A program made the translations under genes and the position numbers. The notes under the pieces are model-generated. The model had not been told where the DNA came from. It did no database searches and saw nothing but the letters and a program-made list of their open reading frames with translations. A stretch of DNA of 64,000 nt from Lama glama. Its lineage: Eukaryota. Each line of letters begins with the position of its first letter. Positions within the stretch are counted from its first letter, which is position 1. The DNA is taken from NCBI GenBank assembly GCA_028534125.1, contig CM052816.1, forward strand, positions 74,278,001-74,342,000. Direction: 5' to 3'. Below are positions 1-12,720 of this stretch, in pieces.

Positions 1-429
1 CTCTCATTTTAAAAATGAGGGAGGAGAGAAAGGAGTATCTGTAGAGGGTGATGGGTCAAGCCAATTTTAGTTTTGTGTTTTGAAAAAGGAGAGACTTAAA
101 TGCTGATAGGGAAAGATCTAGAAGTGGAAGAAGATAAAAATAAAGAAGGAAAGGGGGCTAATTCTGCAAGAAAGGAAGAGACTAGAGAAGATGAAGTTGA
201 GAGGATATCAACCTTAGATAAGAAGGATCTCTCTTTTATTAGCACTGAAAAAATTAATAGATTGGGTGCTCTTAGGAGTATAGATTTGCTTTCAAGAGGC
301 TGAGAAAATTTCCATCTAGTGGAGAACCTCTATTTTCTCTATAAATAGGTGGCCAGGTCATCTACTAAAAGCCAAGATTAGGAGAAGGGTGTGTGTGTGT
401 GTTGGGGAGGGAAAGTTTGAGACTGGGAG

Positions 430-1256
430 ATGTAGTAGTTATTTAAATGTGTATAACAAATCGCCCCAAACTGTAGTGGCTTAAAATTGTAGTGTTATTT
501 CACAGTTTCTGTGGGCCAGAAATGTGAATGTCACTTAGCTGAATTTTCAGGGTCTCACAAGTTTCCAATCAAGATGCCACCTGGGGCTGCTGTCATCTCA
601 AGGGTAGGGCAGCATCTGCTTCCAAGGTCATTTAAGTGTTTGTTGATAGAATTCAGTTTCCCCTGGGCTACTAAACTGATGGCTTCAGTTTTCTCTACAC
701 CACCTCCCACCATTTGGGGCTCATCATAGGGACTGACAGCTAGATTCCATCCAAGAGAGCAAGAGAGAGCAAGCAAGACAGAAGCCAAAGTCTTTTTTTG
801 ACCTAATCTCAGAAGTGACATTCCATCACTTTTGCCGTAGCCTATCTGTTAAAAGGAAGTCACCAGGAGCAGTCCACAAAGGAAGGTATACCTCAGCAAT
901 ATTGTGAGTTCAGTTCTACTGCAACAGACTACTGTAATAAAGTACATACCACAATAAAATGAGTCGTGAACTTTTTTGGTTTCCCAGTACATATAAAAGT
1001 TATGTTAATGTTATACTGGAATGTATTAAGTGTGCGATAGCATTATGTCGAAGAAAACAACTTACATACCTTAATTTAAAAATAACTTTATTACTTTAAA
1101 AATACTAACCATCATCTGACAACACAGGGTTTCCACAAACCTTCTATTTGTGAAAAGCACAACATCTTCGAAGTGTAATAAAGCAAAGTGCAATAAAATG
1201 AGGTGTTTCTGTACTAGAGGCATGATCATTGGGAGCAATATTAGAAGCTGCCTACC
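430..1256. mobile_element. MLT1-type MaLR LTR fragment interrupted by a Tigger element
   Basis: 'ataacaaatcgccccaaactgtagtggcttaaaa...cacagtttctgtgggccag' and 'agaagtgacattccatcacttttgccg' resemble the MLT1 consensus as I recall it; boundaries approximate. Confidence 0.65.
885..1212. mobile_element. Tigger2/MER28-like DNA transposon (TcMar)
   Basis: Starts 'aggtatacctcagcaatattgtgagttcag', ends 'aataaaatgaggtgtttctgta' (degenerate TIRs). Confidence 0.7.
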
Positions 1257-1919
1257 ACAGAACAGAATGGAAAGATCTGTAACGGACTTTGGACATAGTA
1301 ATATCATAGTAGCATCAGTAAGATCTAGTAGAAGTTGGTGACCACAAATTTATATGACAGCAGTCTGTCAGAGGTGATTTCTTCCGGAAGCATTTAGTAA
1401 TCAGGTACCTACAAGGATCAGTGACTTAAGAATGAAGTTAGTTTTAAAACACAGTTCTCCATGGTGCAGATTTTGTGTCAGTTAATAACAACCAGGTTTA
1501 TAGATGTTCTCTCAAGGTGAAAATGGAGTTCAAACTTAAGGAGAGTTGACAAACTAAGGGCAGTTCTGGCTATCTTAGTGGTATCCCTGTATGTGATTCA
1601 AGGCAACATTGGGAAGGAGACTGCATTGTGGGTAAGAGTTTGGTTTGAAACATGGCATGGGTTGAAGTCTTGGTTCAACTTAATAACTGGGTGACTTTGG
1701 GCCACTTGTTTAACTTCATTAAACTTCCCTTTCCTCACCTTTAAAATAGCGTTGTTGTGAGAAGCAGATGAGATAAAACATGAGAAGCACTTACATTAGT
1801 ACCTGGTACTCAGTGAGCTTTCACTAAATGGTCATCATGGTTATGCCCCAGTATAAGGTTTATATTCTACTTGCTACCTGCTGTGATTTTTAAAAAGGTA
1901 CTTATGGATCAATGAGGTC

Positions 1920-3042
1920 TTCTAAATAGACATTTCTCTGAAGAAGACATACAGATGGCCAACAGACACATGAAAAGATGTGCCACATCGCTAATTATTA
2001 GAGAAATGCAAATCAAAACTACGATGGGATATCACATTACACCCGTCAGAATGGCCATCATCAGAAAGTCTACATGTGTGACTGAAACATTATGCTGTAC
2101 AACAGAAACTGACCCAACATTGTAAACTGCCTATACTTCAATTAAAAAAAAAAAGATTTTTAATGGGAGAGAGTATAGCTCAAGTGGTAGAGTGCATGCT
2201 TAGCATACATGAAGCCCTGGGTTCAATCCCTGGTACCTCCTCAATAAATAAATAAATAAAACAAACTTAACCCTCCCACCCCAAAAAAAGATTTTTTTAA
2301 AAAGTCTACAAATAATAAATATCGCAGATGGTTTGGAAAAAAGGGAACCCTCCTACACTGTTGGTGAGAATGTAAATTGGTGCAGCCACTGTAGAAAACA
2401 GTCTAGAAGTTCCTTAAAAAACTAAAAATAGAGTTACCATGTGATCCTTCAATCCCACTCCTGGGAATATATCTGGAAAAGATGAAAACTCTAATTCAAA
2501 AAAATACATGCACCCCAGTGTTCACAGCAGCACTATTCACAATAGCCAAGACATGGAAGCAATCTAAATGTCCATCAACAGATGAATGGATAAAGAAGAT
2601 TTGGTATATATACAATAGAGTATTATTCAGCCATAAAAAAAGAATGAAATAATGCTATTTATAGCAACATGGGTGGACCTAAATATTATCATATTAAATG
2701 AAGTCAGACAGAGAAAGACAAATATCATATAATATCACTTATATGTGGAATCTAAAAAATACAAATCAACTTATTTGCAAAACAGAAGCAGACTCACAGA
2801 CATAGAAAACAAACTTATGGTTACCAAAGGGGAAAGGAGAGGGAGAGGAGAAGGGATAAATTAGGGGTATGGGATTAATAGATAGACACTATTGTATATA
2901 AAATAGATGGACAACAAGGATTTATTGTATAACACATGGAACTATATTCAGTACCTTGTAATAACCTATAATGGGAAAGAATCTGAAGCTGTACACCTGA
3001 AACTAACACAATACTGTAAATCAACTATAGTTAAATAAATAA
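1920..3042 (+). mobile_element. LINE-1 3' end (ORF2 C-terminus and 3'UTR) with nested short L1 tail and SINE
   Basis: Classic L1 3' sequence 'gaagacatacagatggccaacagacacatgaaaagatg...'; 'aaagtctaca' is duplicated at ~2065 and ~2301 around the nested insertion. Confidence 0.9.
2165..2280 (+). mobile_element. tRNA-derived SINE (camelid Vic-1-like)
   Basis: A-box 'tagctcaagtgg', B-box 'ggttcaatcc', (aaat)n tail; flanked by repeated 'aaaaaagattttt'. Confidence 0.8.
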
Positions 3043-4049
3043 GTTTTCAGAATGACACTTTTGTGGTACTAAAAATCCAGGATGTCCCCAGTAAGCCTAC
3101 AGATACAGCAAGCTGAAAAAGGGATTATGACAATTCCAGATTTTTTGGATCGGCACATAATATTTTACCTATGCCACAAATAAAAAACTAACAAGATTAT
3201 TAGGACTATTTCCTCCTGTTCTTCTTTCAGGCAACACACTGGACTCTGAATGGTAGTATGTACTTGAGGACAATTACTTAGTTACTTCCCAGCTTGTGGA
3301 TGGTGGCCTTTATTCATACAGTAGTCAAACTCTAATTTTGGCTTGGAAATGTCAAATTAGGAGAATACTCATCATTTCTGTGGAGCTGAGGAAGAAGGCA
3401 GAACAGTGGCCAGGTAGCAAAAATGACAGAAGACAGCAGACTAAGCGGGGGATGACACACCAGACCTAGAAATTTCTTTTCAGCATTGTTTTCCCAGTGT
3501 TCAAGTTCAGCTCTGGTCCCATCTTTGCATAACAACAATATGAAATCTAATAACATCCAGGTGTGGAAGTGGTTACTTTTCTCCTGAAAGTCAGAGAAAC
3601 TCCTGAATGTTGAAATTGTCAAAGGGTCCTTTAGGACCCAAGCACTGCAGCCTTTATTTCTAAATTTTTATTGCAAAGTGGAACTCACTGGGACCCTCCT
3701 TGGTCTCTCTGTGGATCTTCTTCTTTTCCTTAACTTCTAAATATTGGCATACCCCCGTCTATTACTTTGAATGTCAATATAGTATATATGGGATTAAATC
3801 TACTATATTAACATTTGTTTTCTATCTTACTGTTCTGTGTTATTCCCCTCTCCTTTCTTGCCTTATTGATTTTTTTTTCTATTATTCCAGCCTCTAAGAT
3901 GATTTCCAAACAGGGCTGGAACTAGGGTGAGGTGAAGGAGGCAATTTCCTGGGTTGCCAAATTTAAGAAGAGGTCAAAACTCAGAAATCAAGATAAGTAA
4001 TAGTCTTGTACAGTGTTTTTAGAAAGCAAAATGTATGCAAGACTTCCAC

Positions 4050-6120
4050 TGCCAGGAAGATAGAGTAGAAATACTTCCCACGATTTCTCTCACAAAGCAC
4101 AACTAAAAATCAACGATGTTATATAAAAAGCAAACATAAAAATAGTCTGAAAGATAGAAGAAAGGAGACTGACTAGAGACTTCAGAACCTGAGGGACAAC
4201 ACAGTGGTAAGTTCATTGGGTTTTCCTTTGGTTTATATATCCCAGATTTGTAGACAAAGAAGCCAGCAAGTCAGAAGTGCCAGCGAGCGCAGGCGATGGG
4301 GGTGGGGGTGGGGGGCAACAAAAGCCTGCTGTCTCTGGTCAAAGGACCGGGAAAGGGGCAGCCTAGCAAGATATAAAACTTTCAGACAAAAACTACTCTA
4401 CTAAAGCCAAACACCACAGAAAAGAATGTGGTGTCAGCCTTATCCTTGGCAGCAAAGCTGAGTGAGGAGCCTAACCGTCTTCCCTCCCCCGGCTGTAATG
4501 AGGCACCCCAATTCCCCTTCTCATCTGGGGTGGTGTCAGAGAAGGCCAAGTAGGAGCCCAGATTTTCATTAACGACCAGCAGTAACGTGGTTCCCGCCCC
4601 GCCCCCCCGCCCATCCCGCACCGCCGGGGTGATGTTGCAGGAGGGCTCGTGGAGCATCAGGCCCCTCACCATCATTCAGCAGTAAAAGGCCATTTCCACC
4701 GCAGTGTCAATGAAGGACATGTGCGGAGCCAGAGCATCTACTCCTGCCCTGTAGTGACAAGGATTAACCTCTTCCTTGGGTATCAAAGGAGGCCAAGTGG
4801 GGAACTTGGAATTCTTCCAGTGAGCAGTGATAAGATGGTGCTCCCTCTTGCCTCTGCAGGAGCAGTATCATTAAAAAAAAAAAGTTAAAACAGTGTTTAA
4901 ATAAAATCCAGAGTCTCATACCATGTGAAATATCCAGGTTTCAATTTAAAAAAATCATTCATCCTAAGGAAAAAAAAAATCCCTTATCCTACCAAGCAAG
5001 AACCAGAAAGATCTCAAACTGTTTTCAAACAATAGATGCCAATTAAAAGATGACAGAGATAAATGGACAAAGATTATTAGCCTGCTTCATGGAGCAATGA
5101 TGAACATGCTTGAAACAAATGAAAAAAATACAAAGCTTCAGCAAAGTGATAGAAGATATAAAGAAGAAAGAAACAAATGGAAATTTGAGAACTAAAAATT
5201 CAATAACTGAAATAAAAAGCTCTGTGGATGGGTTCAGCAGAATGGAGGGCATGGAATGAGAAAGATGGAAGGATCAGAATAACCCAATTTGAAGAACAGA
5301 GAGAAAATAGAGTAGGAAAACAAAAAGAAAGAACAGAGCCTTAGGAATCTGTGGGACTATAACAAAAGATTTAACATTCATGTCATCATGTAATAGAAAA
5401 GAACAAATCTGACTCCAGATTAGATCTGTTCCTTTAGCTTGTACGCTGTGTTCTAGGCTTAGTCTTGTTAGCTCTGCCCTCATGTAAAGATAACAAGTTG
5501 CAGAATAGAGAATGACCTTTGTTTTGTTGGAGGTTTTGCAGGAGCATCATTACCTGGCCCACTGGACAGCTGCAGCAACAAAGAATTCCTACACCAAGAA
5601 ATTTGTAACAACCAACTACAACCCCTCTCTTGTTTTTTTGTATAAAAGAAGCCTGTATTCTGACTGGAGCAGGATGATTCTCCAAGGCATTAGTCTGCCA
5701 TCCTCTCGGTCTGCCGGCTTTCCAAATAAAATCGCGATTCCTTGCCCCAACACCTCGTCTCCCAATTTATTGGCCTGTCGTGTGGCGAGCAGAATGAGTT
5801 TGGACTCAGTAACAATTAGAGACCCAGAAGGAAAGGAGAATGAGGTCGAAAAAGCACTTGAAGAAATAATGGCTGAAAACTTCCCAAATTTGGTAAGAGA
5901 CATAAACCTGTGGATTCAAGATGCTGAGCTAACTCCAAACAGGATAGGTCAAAAGAAATCAAAATCGATACACATCATAATTAAACTTAAGAAAACTAAA
6001 GACAAATTCTTGAAAACAGCCCCCCCAAAACCTTACCTGTGAGAGAAAAACAATTCAAATGACTGCAGATCTCTCGTCAGAAACCACAGCAGTCAGAAGG
6101 AAGTGGAGTAGCATTTTTCA
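4050..6120 (+). mobile_element. Old LINE-1 5' region and degenerate ORF1
   Basis: ORF1p-like peptide 'LEEIMAENFPNLVRDINLWIQDAELTPNRI' at the end of ORF 5512-6042; A-rich coiled-coil-type sequence at 5050-5380. Confidence 0.8.
5389..5814 (+). mobile_element. Solo ERV LTR inserted in L1 ORF1
   Basis: TG...CA ends, TATAAAA at 5641, AATAAA ~5725, near-TSD atca/atta; homologous to the inverted LTR at 27255-28273. Confidence 0.85.
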
Positions 6121-9100
6121 TATTCTTTCTGCTCCATTTGCTATCTTCTTTTGAGATTCCAAATACCTGTATATTAGACTTTCTAGTTGGATTCCATGTG
6201 TCTTTTTTTTTTAATCTCTTCTGTATTTTCCATCTTTTGCCTTTTCTTGTTGCTTTCATATGGACCTTTTCTTCTGATCTTGTAGTTCACTGATTCTCTC
6301 TTCAGGTGTGCCTTATGGTCTGTTAAATTAATTTATTGAGTTCTTAATTTGGCTGCTATATATTTAAGTCCTTTTTATCTTTTTGCTATAATTTCTAATT
6401 CTCCAATGAGTTTCTCAGGTACATATTAAGAGTGGTTGTTTTACAGTCTGTGTCTCATTATCTGTAGACTCTGTTTCTCTGTTGTGTCTCTTGGTTTTTC
6501 ATCATGTTGTTTTGTCTCCTTATTTGCTTAATTATTTTTTTACTGACTGCTGGAGATTACCTGTGATAATTTTTAAATATAATTTCAGGCCTAGAATGAC
6601 TTTATATTCCTCCTTAAAGGATTTATTTTTGCTTTTGGTAGACAGCTGGGGACATTGGTAATTGGGATAACCTTATCCAATGTCAGAAACAGAGATGATT
6701 CAAAGATTTTTTCCCTTTGAGGACCCATCTGCTTCCTGTAGATTCCTTCAATCCTAAGGTATAGGTTCTTAACCCACATCAAGGCCTCCTTCTTTGTTAA
6801 TATTGTTTAGATTTATTCTTAGTGGTCATTTCTGGCCTGTTATCACCAAAGACTTCTGCCTCTCTCTCACCAGGAGGTACTACCTTTTATGTAAATGTTA
6901 GTGCTCAGAAACTTATTTTTATTGATGAAGATAGCACTTTCTTATATGTGCATTGGGTTCCTCTGAATCTTTTAAACACCTTTTTTTTTTCTCTGAAGAC
7001 CAGGAAAACAGAGTCCTATAGTTGATGTCAGTCAAGAAAGAAAAGTAACATTATGGGTGGGTGTACAGAGAGAAGTTGGGACTGTGTTGTGTGAACAGTG
7101 TGTTTATAACCTGTAATAGGGAGGAGACCGGGGATGGTCCTAGTGCAGACCCTTAATTTGGATAGACTACCAACCAAATCCTTTATCTTTCCCTCAAATA
7201 GAGATAACCCATAATCTCACTTCATGAAATGACATTAATTAGAACAAAAGAGGCAAAGTAGCTTTCCCAATACATTTTGAAACTTTATTGAAATAAAAGG
7301 ATAGGAACAGTAGAATGGGAGATGGAATTAATTGAAAAAAAAAAAGAAGTAAATGGAGTGATACATTTTGCATTCCGCACCTCAGCACTAAGCCCTGCAA
7401 TTTAGTATCTATTTCTGGCCAAATCATTGCTGTTGTTGCCATTGGTTTGTCTTGAAAGATTTCATGCATGGAGCAAAAGCTTCAGGCTCCCCAATATTGA
7501 AATGCCCTGTGAATGTTTCTCTCTCTCTTCTTAGGCTGGGAATTTTCCTGAGGCTTGATGTTGTCTTGTGTGTGTCTCAGCAGTTAACAGGGCACAGCCA
7601 CTTTTATTTTTGGAAGTTCCTGGTATATTAAAACATCAAGAAATCCTGAAACAAGTTTCCAAAAATTGTGGCCTATTTAAAATTTTTGATTTAACAAATT
7701 TCTGCTTTTTCTCAAATTAAAGTATAATACAACATAGTTATGCTTCTCAAAAGATACATGACAGAATTTTTTACAAATAAGATAATTAATAGTGCCAAAC
7801 AAAGACAGTAAGTTTAAGTTGTAGAATTACCATGTTTCATTCCTGTCCTGATAGCTCTGTATTTGAGGCTATTCAGGTATATGAAATTTTGACCAGTGGG
7901 CCGCCTGTCTCCTCTGGCTGCAACTCTTGCTTTGGTCCTGTCTTATTAATCTTTGTACTATGAGCCTAGCACAGTGTTTGGTTCATAGCAGACATTTAGT
8001 GAATGTTTGTTGAAATTTATTTTTAAACTAAACTCTTTTTAAAGAATAACTTATTTAACTTCTGAAAGTCAGGATATCAGAATACTAGTTTTCCATTCCA
8101 TTGCTTGGACTCCTAAAGTTCTGTTTCACACGTAATTTTGAGACTTTGCAGTGATTTTATTAAACTGCCAGTGCATGATTTTCCCCTCATGTTTTCTTAG
8201 CATGATTCAAAATTCTTATATGGAAAAATCTAAGCTAAATTTTAAAAAAATGTATGAATGTCTAGGATGGGGGAAAGGTGGGGAGGAAGAAAACAGAAAA
8301 TCTATACCTCAATTTGTGCCCCCATAAGCCAATTTGATTAGGGACAAACCCAAGAGATAACTCAATCAGGGATCTCTAGAGTTATTTTAAGTGAATGCCA
8401 GAGTAGAGGAAACCTCTAGACTGTCCCAGAAACATCCCAGCCATCCCAGGCTCCCCCTGACTGGGAAGTCCAAGGCCAAGCCTTTGGGACCTGGCAAGTT
8501 CCCTGGAACTCAGCTTATATCTTCTTATTCCACACACTCTCGCTAGGTGATCTCACCCTTGGTCTTGCTTAATACACAATCCAGACCCAGATCTCCAGCT
8601 CACACTTTGATTTCAGCTCCAGGCTGGTGGCTCTTTTGGATGCTCCTGGGGTATTTCAAAACCACATCTTTGGTACATCAAGTTTACTTCTTTTACTGAA
8701 ATTTTGTACTTAGTTATTGATACCTGCATCTGCCCATTAGTAGAACAAGTCATAAATTTTAGAAGCATTCCTTTTCTTTTTCTCTCTCTCACACACATAC
8801 ATCTAATCCATGTATTTCCAAGTCCTGTTGCCTTTAAGCTCCTAATAACTCTCAGAACATTGACTAACAAAATTTCTGAAAAGTTATTTGGCAACTTTCA
8901 TGAAGAGGGCTTGATAGTTTCAAATCCTTTGACAAATTGTATAGCATTATGTAAATCAAGGGTACAATAAAATCCCAAATTATAAAACCATATAGATGTG
9001 TGAGTAGAGGCATAGCAAAAAGTGAACAAAAGAATGCATCAAATGTTAACACTGGCGGTCTTTTGATGGTGGAGGAATAGACTGTTTTCTTTGCTTCCTT

Positions 9101-10876
9101 ACAAGGTTCAGTATTTTCTAAATGTTTTACATGAACCATATACTATCATTAAATGTAAACTCCATGAAGACAGATACATTTTTTTCATGCATATATTTGA
9201 AGTGCCCGAAACAGCGTCTTTCATATGGTAGATGCTTAATAAGTATTTGTTGAATGAATGAATCTTTATAATGTGAAAAATAATATAACAAGGAATAAAT
9301 ACATTAAAATTCAACTTCTTTCTCTTCCTGGATGATATCTTATTTTAATATAATCTTCATCCCTTCCTTTAAGCCACCTGTGGCTAAAATGGTCAGCAGT
9401 GGCCAACCTGCAGAAGTCATCCCTGGCTCTTGATTTTTCTTTGTCTGCCCAACTTTACAAAGATTTGCCTTCTATTCTTTCCTTTCACCTTCCCCTGCAA
9501 GAGGTTGTTAAGCAGATTGGTACAAAATGAGTTTTCAGAAAAGTGACATCAGCATCATGGTGGAATGACACCCCTTGTTTTTGTCTGTCCCCTCAACGTT
9601 AATTTGGCATCTGTTCACAGACAAAAGTGCCTTTGTGGGAGCTGTGGGATCCAGCGCTACACGCCAAGGGACCCAGGAGAAGCCTTGCTCACCTGTGCAT
9701 CAGGTAATAGGCATACAGACCTTGATCCAGGCTGTGGACCTGGCAGTGGCCCGTGGTCCAGCTGCAGCTCCTCTTGGCTGTGGTCCGGGAGCCCCTGGAA
9801 AACACTGTCTTAGACGATCACCAGTGGATGACAAGAGTCTTTGTGAAGTCAACGTTTCCAGAGAAATTCTAGCACATCATTGGAGGAAAAAAATGTTTAG
9901 ATGCATCAAAGGGGGTAAGAAAACGTCTTGACTTTACCTGCATTACCCCTTCCCCAAGGCAGCACAATAGGGTCAAGAGAGATCTTGGTCTGAGATAGTT
10001 CTTGGGGTGAAGGGGAATGAGAGTGCACGAGTGAACACCCAGCTGTGTGAGATTCTCAAAAGAGGCACTCTCCCGCTGTGGCATCAGGAGCCCGCTTTAG
10101 CAGATGACTAGTGAGCATGCGCAGAAAGCCTGCCAAGCCCTGTAAACCAGAGAGCTCCCTAAGTTGAGCTTGAGCGCCACCTTTGGGAAAACAAAGAGGC
10201 AGTCAGCCCTAGGCCAGGTTCACTGCAGAATCCAGACAAGAAATGCAAGCTTAAGAATTCTGCCACAAAAGGGAGCAAGAAGAGCTGGGTAGGTGTATCC
10301 AGGTTTATTCAGATGGAGGTGACTGCTGTTAAAAATGAGAAGACGATGCAAAACTTCAAGGAACATGATAAATCAAGGAGTAACATGAAAATATACAAAA
10401 ATATACAACACAGTGGTAAAGGTGAGTATGTTGTCAAATTTAGAATAATATAGTGCCATGTTAACCACTTAATTCTCATATAAAGAACTCTAGTATAAAG
10501 GTTAAAGGATAAGAATGTTATAAAACTACAGCTACAGACAAAGGCCTATAGACCACCAGAAGTCCAGGACCAAGCTTCACCCAGCAGTGGGCAGTCGCCG
10601 GCTCCTCCTGCCAGGAAACCTGCATAAGCCTCTAGTCCAGCCTCATCCACCAGGGGCAGATACTAGAAATAAGAAAACAACAATCCCAAAGCCTGTGAAA
10701 GGAATCCACAAACAGAGGCTAGACTCTACATTGGGACCGGCTGGACCCTGGCCCTTGGGTAACAAGAGGGGAGTGTACTGCTGGGACACATAGGACACCT
10801 CCCACAGAGACCCACTTCTCCAAGGTCGAGGTAAGTAACTAACCTACCTAAAAATACAAATAGAAAGATAGAAAAT

Positions 10877-11769
10877 ATGAGGTGGCAGAGGAATGTATCT
10901 CCCAGGCCAAGACACAAGATAAAATCCCAGAAGAAGAAGTAAGTGATGAGGAGATAGGCAATTTATCTGAGAAGGAGTTTAAAGTAATGATGATGAAGAT
11001 GTTCAGAGAACTCAGGAGGAGTATAGATGCACAGAGCGAAGTTTTTAGCGAACAGTTGGAAAAGATAAAGAATACCCAAACAGAGTTAAAGAATAAAATC
11101 ACTGAAATGAATAACACACTAAAAGGAACCAAGAATAGACTAAATGAAGCAAAAGAATGGATCAGTGAGCTAGAAGACAGATTGGTGGAAATCACTACTA
11201 CAGAACAGAAAAAAGAAAAAAGAATGAAAAGAAATGAGGATAGTTTACGAGAACTCTGGGACAACATGAAGTACACTAATATTTGCTTTATAGGGGTCCC
11301 AGAAAGAGAAGAGAGAGAGAAAGGATCTGAGAAAAATTTTGGAGAGATAATAACCAATAACTTACCCAACTTGGGAAAGGAAACAGTCACCCAAGTAAGT
11401 CCAGGAAGTGCAGAGATTTCCACACAGGATCAACCCAAAAAGGAATACACAAGGCACACAGTAATCAAATTGACAAAAATTAAGGATAAGGAGAAAATAC
11501 TAAAATTAGCAAGAGAAAAGCAACAAATAACATATAAGGGAACTCCCATATCAGCTGATTTTTCAGCAGAAACTCTACAGGCCAGAAGGGAGCCGCACGA
11601 TACATTTAAAGTGATGAAAGGGACAAACTTACAACCAAGAATACTCTATCCAGCAAGGCTCTCGTTCAGATTTGATGGAGAAATCAAAAGCTTCACAAAT
11701 AAACAAAAGCTAAAAGAATTCAGTACCACCAAACCAGCTTTACGACAAATGTTAATGGAACTTCTCTAG
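10877..11769 (+). pseudogene. Nearly intact LINE-1 ORF1p with a frameshift near the start
   Basis: 295-codon open frame with coiled coil, RRM and CTD ('ISADFSAETLQARRE','QPRILYPARLSF'); the ATG at 10877 is out of frame with it. Confidence 0.9.
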
Positions 11770-12576
11770 TCATCAAACCATAAGAAAAGAGAACAAAAAC
11801 AAGAAAGAGGAAAAAAAAAAAAAGACCTACAGAAAATTGCTTTGGCAATTCAGTGGTCTTTTATGCTTCCATATAAATTTTGGAATTGTTTGTTCTAGTT
11901 ATGTGAAAAATGTGAGTATTTTGACAGGGGTTGCGTTGGATCTATAGGTTGCTTTGGGTCTTTGGGTAGTACGATCATTTTGATAATGTTGATTCTTCCA
12001 ATCCAAGAGCACAAGATATCTTTCCATTTCTTGGTATCATGTTCAATTTCCTTCATCAATGATTTACAGTTTTCAGAGTATAGGTGCCCTCCTTGGTTAA
12101 GTTTATTTCTAGGTATTTTGTTGTTTTTGATGCAATAGAAATGTTTATGACAGTTATAAAATTCTGGTTTTTGAAGTTAAAAAAAAGTGATTGAAGGGCC
12201 ACAAGTGGCAAAATATCCTCCTTTCTTATGAGTGAATTGTATTCCATTACATATATATGCTGTATCTCCTTTATCTATTCGTCTATTGATGTGTACTTAG
12301 GATGCTTCCATATCTTGGCAATTATAAATAATGTTGCTGTTAATAGCAGAGTGTATGTATCTTTTTGAATTAATTTTTATTTTGTGGTTGGCTTTATTCC
12401 TTTGATAACTATGTAAGTTTAAAAAGTTAAAGCTCTAAACATTCTTAGAAACAATTAAGAGGACATATATATAAATTTAAAAATATGTGCAGTATTGTAT
12501 ATATATATATATATACAATATACTGTATATGTGCAGTCAAATTATAACAATTCTACCTAATAAAACTGAAAAATGG

Positions 12577-12720
12577 AGGGAGGGTATAGCTCAATTGGTA
12601 GAGTGATTGCTTCTCATGCATGAGGTCCTGGGTTCAATCTCCAGTACCTCCATTAAAATAATAAATAAATAAATAAGAATCTAATTACCTCCCCCAAAAT
12701 AAAAAAATAAAGTAAAAATT
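12577..12720 (+). mobile_element. tRNA-derived SINE (Vic-1-like)
   Basis: 'gggtatagctcaattggtagagtg...ggttcaatctccagtacctcc' plus (aaat)n; same family as 2165. Confidence 0.8.

Noticed and set aside
2165..2240. tRNA-like sequence
   Set aside because: Multiple diverged copies with A-rich tails and TSDs; a SINE, not a tRNA gene
5512..6042. 176-aa ORF
   Set aside because: Chance read-through from an LTR into an L1 ORF1 remnant
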